In this document: positions 57,246 through 64,000 of the stretch, in pieces
How positions within the stretch are numbered: the stretch's first letter is position 1
How the letters are laid out: each line of letters opens with the position of its first letter
Assembly: GCA_951804945.1 (NCBI GenBank)
Contig: OX638153.1
Coordinates: 73,718,001-73,782,000 of the forward strand
Source of the DNA: Podarcis cretensis
Taxonomy: Eukaryota
DNA: 64,000 bases
Reading direction: 5' to 3'
The notes under the pieces: generated by a model
Seen by the model: only the letters and a program-made list of their open reading frames with translations
Told to the model about the DNA's origin: nothing
Databases searched by the model: none
Program-made: the position numbers and the translations under genes

Positions 57246-60200
57246 CCAGCCTAGATATCACTCATACAAATTACACCAGAGACGCTTCTAGTGGATCCAT
57301 CCTGAAGCCAAAGTGGTCACATAAAGGTGAGGACATTTTTCAAGGACGTTTCATAGCAAGCCAATTGGCAATGACAGCAGAATCTGCTCACAGTAACCAC
57401 CACAATAAATTTCAATTTTGCTTTATCATAGTGTCATGAGGTATCCAGTGAACCCTGTTTATTGTATCTATAGAACTGATTATCTCTAGTAATAGAACTG
57501 CCCAGTATGTGCTGCACACAAAGAGATGGAAAAACTGAGAAATTTTATATTATGCGTTGTGTGAATAGTTGCACAAAAGTCTTTAAAGCTGTGAATCCCT
57601 AACAGTCCATGTAAACAAGGGAAACATTGTTTTCATTTACCAAGTAGCTGGCATAAAAGTGATTTCAACTGTTCAGATTAGAAAAGTTGTGTGTGTCTAT
57701 ATGTGTATGTATGCACAAGTTGCTGTTTTAATCCCTGCATTTTAAACAGAATATTCAAAACATTATATGATAGTAATTTATTTGGGTATTTGTATACTAC
57801 AATTTCAGCCCCCTCAACGTGGTTCAGTTTTATTAAACTGTCCTGGGTTTACACTGAAAATCATATTAAAGTGCAAGACATTAAAGACCTCTGTTGTGAA
57901 GAAGTTAGTCTGTATAGATACATTTTAACGCTCAAATACATTCCTTCTAAGTATAGAATAGACAATCAGCGGAAGTGGTCAACATAATTGTTGAACCACA
58001 GTTCCTATCATCTTTGATTGAATCTAATAACACCTGGAGGACACCATGTTGGCTACCCTTAATCTATGGTGTCTAATATCGTTGCATCACATGGTATAAT
58101 CAAATTTTGCAGGATGTAACACACCACACTCAGTAAGGTTAATGATGCAGAACTCAAATATGGGGTCTGTCAATCGGGGCCTAACCTATCATTATGTAAA
58201 GTGATGCAACCACCAAAAGCAGCCAATTCTGGGTGGTGGCAGCAGTCCTCTGGCTGTTCCTCCTGGCCATGCCCTTCTGCTGGAGGGCACAATTGTATGT
58301 GTCATGCACTCCAATAAAATAGCTTGCTGCCCTCAGGGGCAGTGAAGAACACTATTCTGTTGGCTATACTGAAATAAATTTCATCAACCAGTCCACTCAT
58401 CTTCTCTACATGGACCATCTTGTCCTCTACTTCAGGCAGCTAAATGTCATGGGCTGACCCTGGCTCTCAGAGCATGAGATCAGGTTCAGATCCCCACATG
58501 CAAATGAGACCCTGCAAATGAAAGTGGAGCAAGTAACAATGTTGTGTGCAATGTTGGACCTAAATGTACAATGCCAAACTCAGTTCTTAGCATATATTTT
58601 TCTTCGTGTAGTGATTATATTGCAACACGTTTAAGATCTGGGTTACCAAATCCCTTCACACAAATATACCAGAACTCTACATCAGGTAGCACCCAGTTGT
58701 TGAAACAGTAATGTTGGATTACAAGAGAAACAGAATCTCTCTGGATTATGGAGGACACTGTAAGGATAAACTGGCTCTAAATTCCCTTTACTATGATGCT
58801 GACAACATACCAGGAACATCAATATACCTGAATATCAGCCACAACAATGTCACCTGGCTACTAAATTACTTAATACCCTTGGGCCGCGCACTATTTCACA
58901 TTTGCAAAGGAACTTTGGAAGTTCCTTTCTTCCTAACTTCAATTGCTGCTCCCATGAAGTAAAATGCTCCTGTATTCAAACCATCTAGCCATTTGCATTT
59001 ACAGTGATTGAAAACATTTTACCGATATATATTTAGTTCAAAAGTTATAGATTTGGTTTTCCTTCTGTAACTGTTGGAATGACAGTCTGTTGCACAAAAA
59101 GAACAACAGCACTGAATTATCAGCAACTGCAGACTAAAGGGGTAACCTGCTGTAAAGATGCATGTATAATAGTACATATTGATGTATGGTGTATATGCAG
59201 CCTGATATGCACACTGTGGTCTCCTTACTATGAATTCAGCTGGCTCAGTTAAACTTTTCCAACACTGTAGTTCAGTACTGAAAAGCTGAGATTTCTTCCC
59301 TGAAGACTAATTATCTTATCATGTTGTCCTAATCCAATAATGTTCTCCTCTTTTCATTCTTATTGCATGTATCTATTTTTGCATCCATTCACAGAACAAG
59401 CTTCTTTTGGTTTCACGGATCATCCTAAGCATGAAATAAGTAAATCGGCATATGACACAGCTCTCTCCAAGATTTGGAGATGATAAACTAGCTATTCTGT
59501 TGAGTGAGACATGGATGCTTGTTGACTTGGCAGCTGCTCTGCATTCAATGATTCATTTTCATTTCAGGACAATCACATATGTATTGTTCATTCCAATTTT
59601 TGGAGACTATTAGCTTTTCTAAAGCTATGTAGACACAGATATACCGGTCTCCTGTCTCCATGACATGACTGAAAATGTCTTCCCATTTCTCAACACCATT
59701 GATGCCAGCTTGACATATGATTACAGTGCAGATCATTTGAAGTGTAGGTGGGATACATAACAGTATTCACCCCTATACTCATGCCATCATGGTACACATC
59801 ACTGGGTGTTCCACAGCCAAACTCTTTGACCTAGTTTCTCCACTTAGGTGGATCCAGGGAGTTTCTGCCTCTAACCTTTCACTTGCCTTTTTCATTCCTT
59901 TTGCTATTCTTCAGGTGACCAAATATAATTGTGTTGAGGACTGCTGATGTAGTTCCAGGGTAACTGACATGGTGCCCTTCATATATTGGACTACAATTCC
60001 CATCAGTCCCAGCCAGTGAGGCTAACTGACGTGGATGATTGGAGTATTAATCCAAAAATATCTGGAGGGCACCATGTTGACTACATCTGAAGTGGTCAGG
60101 TACCTCTTCTTACCAGGACTTTGCAATCACTATCTGTGCAAAGGTCTTTTGGTTAAGGATGGAATCACTGGCGAACAGTGAGTATCCACATTCCGCTTGC

Positions 60201-63200
60201 CTTCTTTGTAAGCACTTAATACCATTCGTGTTCTTCTTAATCTGCTTGGATATGCTACTGTATAAAAGCTTTTTCTGTATTATAAACTGTTGGAATTTTG
60301 CAATAGCTCATCTTCTGAAATCCATACCTCCCTTCACATCCTTGTTAAAGCAATATTATTCATGGCAAAGCTAAGGCAATGTTTGGAACAGTCTATTATG
60401 CAGGCTGAAATTGTGCAGCTAGGCCAAAGGCACATTCTGTTGGGTATCTCCCTATGATGAGCCTATCCTTAAAACAGTTTGGGGATTTCAAGGTGTCTGC
60501 AAATTTCTCTTTTAGCACACACAAACATCGAAAGAGGAAGCCAAGCAATGCAATTTGGGAATAAGGAACTGTGTCAATTGGTGAAATGAATTCAGCAACA
60601 TTTAATCAAGAGAAATGAGATGGCAAGAGGAAATTATGGATTCATTACCAACATTTATTTCATTCATACATTGCCTTTCTTTGAAAGAAGTCAAGGTTGC
60701 ATGGATATAATTCTCACATCCAGGCACTAAACCAGTTTAGACCTGCTTACGTTTAGCAAAATTGCTGCATCATCTTCCTTTAAACCACTCCATTTGAGAA
60801 TTTGGGCCTTGTTTGTTTAGGAATCTGCATTTACCCTTTTTGAAAAGGGAAGTGGTTGTGGTCAGCTTACCGCCATACCACTTACCAACTTGGCAAAGAA
60901 CCTTGAAAGAATTTGCTAGCTGCTTTCCATATTTTGTGAAATGCAGCTGTACTGGCGAGAATGGGTTGCTACCGCACAATAGTCACAAAAGGAAGTGGCT
61001 TTAGCAATGCATGCATCAGCTAACCAACTGTGGCTGAAACAGACAAGGTCAGCTATGAATGTCAAATGATTGCGTTGGCAGTTTTACCATGTGAGGATGT
61101 GTAATTAAAGGAGAAGTCTTGAGATGGTAAGAACTTGAGATGTTGAGTAAACACGCAAACACAGTAATGTATTAATGCAACTGCCTGGTCCAAGTGAATG
61201 TGGATATAGTTCACAACAAGACTGTACTTGATTCGAGGAAGTCAAGCTCCATATAATGTGGAGTGTTCCATGTGCAGTGATTAATTCATTTTATTTATAA
61301 TGTGGGATTGATTTTCTTAAAAGCTATGACACACTTAATGTAAATCCTAAGCAATGTAGATATGTAAGTACAGCTAAAGGTACACTCTGGGTTCAGAGTT
61401 AACTTCTTCTGTAGGCACAGAATATGTTCAATTTTTTTTTAACTCATGCTTCTTTTGCTGCTAGCAATTAAAGTAATGGTTGGGTGTCTTTTTCCCCCTC
61501 CAAGGGTAACATTGTAATTCCTGCTACAGAAATAATATTCCACATCCAAAACTTCAATTGTAATAATGGTAAAATAAGCTGCTTCCCAAAATTAGTTAAT
61601 ATGACATGTTGAGCTGAGAGGAAATAAAAACTTGAAGTTTGCAATCTTCCATTAAGAAGACGCACCACCATACAATTGCAAGTGCCATTTTGCAAAACTA
61701 TATGCTAGAGTGATTGTCACCTGAACCATGCAAGCACCATTCATCATAAGCTTAAGACAGAAGGGTCAGTCCAAGTTAAATGAAGATGTCAGGCAGTGTG
61801 GTAGAAACAAGACAAACAACACTTGCTTTTCAAAAAGCACGACTAAACATCTGACTGAAATAAGAACTGACTCTGATCACTGACTGTACTGAACTGGTTT
61901 CACGTTGAAGAATTTAAGAAAAGTATTAAACTTGCGACACAACCCCACAAGTTACAGGCAACCTTTTTAACCTCTGTCATTTTGCATTTGAGTAATGAGT
62001 GGTTTGAAATAACAATTCACAAGAATCATTCCTACAAGTTCCTGACTTCAGAGAGGGGAAGGGGAGAAAGCATGATATCTTGATTTCTGTTGGAACTGTG
62101 GGGAAATGGCAAAGTACTTACTTGTCTTATTTGCAATGCACCCTTCACTGAGGAGCTTATGGCAGCATACTTGGGGCTGTTTTCACCCTCACAACCACTG
62201 TGGAAGTAGGTTAGCTTGAAAGACTATAACCTGTATAAGCCTGCACAATGTACTCAATGGCAGATCAGCAATTTCAAGACAAACATTCACTATAGTAGTG
62301 TCTTTAAGCTTGGGTATCCAGATATTGTTGGACAACAACTCCCATAATCCCCAACCACTGGCTAAGCTGACTGAGGATGATAGGAGTAGTAACGCAACAA
62401 CATCTGGGAATTCAAGCTTGAAGAAGCCTGCTCTGAAGCAAAGGAAATTAAATGTAGTGCCGTCAATATGTTTTCTAGATTCTAGATCCCATCAGGCCCA
62501 GCCAGCATGATGAATGATCAAGGAAAATGGGAGCTGGAGTCCAACGATATATGAAGGGTAACACATTGACTTTCCCTGCTCTACAGAATGTCAACACTAT
62601 TTACACTACATCACCTGAGCTGTCAGAGTAGCACAGGGCTAGCATATCCTGACAATGTCTGTTGCTGGTAATTCTAGAAGTCTCCCAAGTGGATTAACTA
62701 TTTGGAAACATTCCAAACAGTTTGGAGTATTGTGGAAAGAGACCAGTATAGAAGTGCTAATGGAAAATGCCAACAGCTTTGTGAATTGCCAGACCTGGTG
62801 CAAGGGGACACAATGCAAAACCACTATCTAACCTGTAAGCTGCACTTTTGAGGTGGCAGCTCAGAGTCAAACCATAATTTATTCACTGCTATTTATAGTA
62901 AATATGTGCTAGTTCTTGTCTAATGTAAAGAAACTGCTAGAAACTAGCATGAACATTATAAGTGGAGCATGCTACCTTTAATATCAAGAAATTCAAATGT
63001 CAAATTTAAATATAATTGTGCGCCTCTGAAGTAGAAGGAAAGTGTTTTCTAGTGAAAATTAACAAACTGTGCCAGAAATTTTCACACAATATATTCTGAC
63101 ACTTTGGAAATCAATAAATAATTAGGATGCTGGTCAAAGCCAAACAGGCACACCAAGACACCTGTTCTCTCCTTGGTCATTTTCCCAATCAGAATATTGT

Positions 63201-64000
63201 GCATGGAGATTTGTTATTTATAGGGGCATGAAGAACTGGCATATTCTGTTTCACTGTTAAGGTTTTGCCATCTTTGTCTTCATAGCAACCTGTGCTGTTC
63301 TTCTACTAGTGTCATGTTTAAAACATCAGTTGGAAACAACTGCAGAAAAGGGGAAAGGACCAAGCTTGTTGACTTAGCTACATGATAAAAAGGAGATTCA
63401 GTACCAAAAACAGAAAAAGTATAGCATGGTTAGCTCTTAATCTTATGATGCAAACCATCCCTTACATAAAATGCATCTAAACTCGAGCAACATAGGTTTT
63501 GACTGCTTTTGAATAAAATACTAAGCCTTAATCTGTTTTAACAAGCCAGGACGTAGCTCAAAGATTATGATTTGTTTCACTTAAATGATGGTTTGCTTCT
63601 CTTCCCACCCATCCCAAATCTCTTCTGTTGGTGGCTATCACAAATGCTCCCTCTTTGAGACTGGAGTGATCTTTCTGGCCATACCATATGGCTTAAAGTT
63701 TGCTTTGAAACAAGAGCCAACCCATCCCATGTCAAGCATCAACAGCCAAACCGTTTTGGGGAGCCTTCATCTCTTTGTAGCTGTGATAGTTCACCTGTAA
63801 TCTCATAGTGGTGGGTAACCACAAGAGTATAAGGACTTTCAACAAAAAGTGACTAAGTGTGGACTGAAGCATTGGGCAACTAGCTAATCCATATGTACCC
63901 ACAGAGAAAACTCAGCTACTCTGAAAGACACACAGAAGCATTCTGCCATAATCGGCACCATTTTGGACCTCCTTCTTTATGATGTATCCATAAATGTATC

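Larger units (their letters stand above)
7310..64000 (-). other. PID1: Probable large PID1 intron (upstream exons lie beyond the window)
   Basis: Splice acceptor at 7310-7330, and no upstream PID1 exon or other host coding exon recognised in the remaining 57 kb. Vertebrate PID1 is known to have very long introns. Confidence 0.7.

Noticed and set aside
7310-64000. Upstream PID1 coding exon (recalled as ...KKEPLPAVIFHEPEAIELC...)
   Set aside because: Not seen in the ORF track or by eye. A short exon could be missed, and TBLASTN would settle it.
1-64000. CRISPR arrays or prokaryotic systems
   Set aside because: This is vertebrate intronic DNA with no regularly spaced repeat-spacer arrays or operon-like ORF clusters.

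Overview
Vertebrate genomic DNA from a squamate reptile, probably a lacertid lizard (Sauria SINEs, Squam3-type (CTT)n SINEs, Bov-B). The only host coding sequence I can support is the terminal coding exon of PID1 on the minus strand (6833-7309), with a probable 3'UTR to about 5300. The rest (7310-64000) is most simply one long PID1 intron full of SINEs, LINE fragments (L2, CR1, Bov-B, L1-like), MITEs, a solo LTR and microsatellites. The stand-out object is a ~4.2-kb Ngaro/DIRS-type tyrosine-recombinase retrotransposon (39271-43451, antisense to PID1). Its RT, RNase H and recombinase are all disabled and no gag is recognisable. Its SGNH-hydrolase ORF is fully open and preceded by a branch point/polypyrimidine/AG acceptor, and an in-frame donor near the 5' end suggests an env-like spliced mRNA. 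The element is flanked by an unusual 81-bp direct duplication. Joining its two ends rebuilds a hairpin with a 2x2 AG/GG internal loop exactly at the junction. The same hairpin, with compensatory changes, recurs in a diverged solo terminal copy at 8862-9075, which suggests a folded single-stranded att-like site for the recombinase. Family names come from recognition of motifs, not from database searches.
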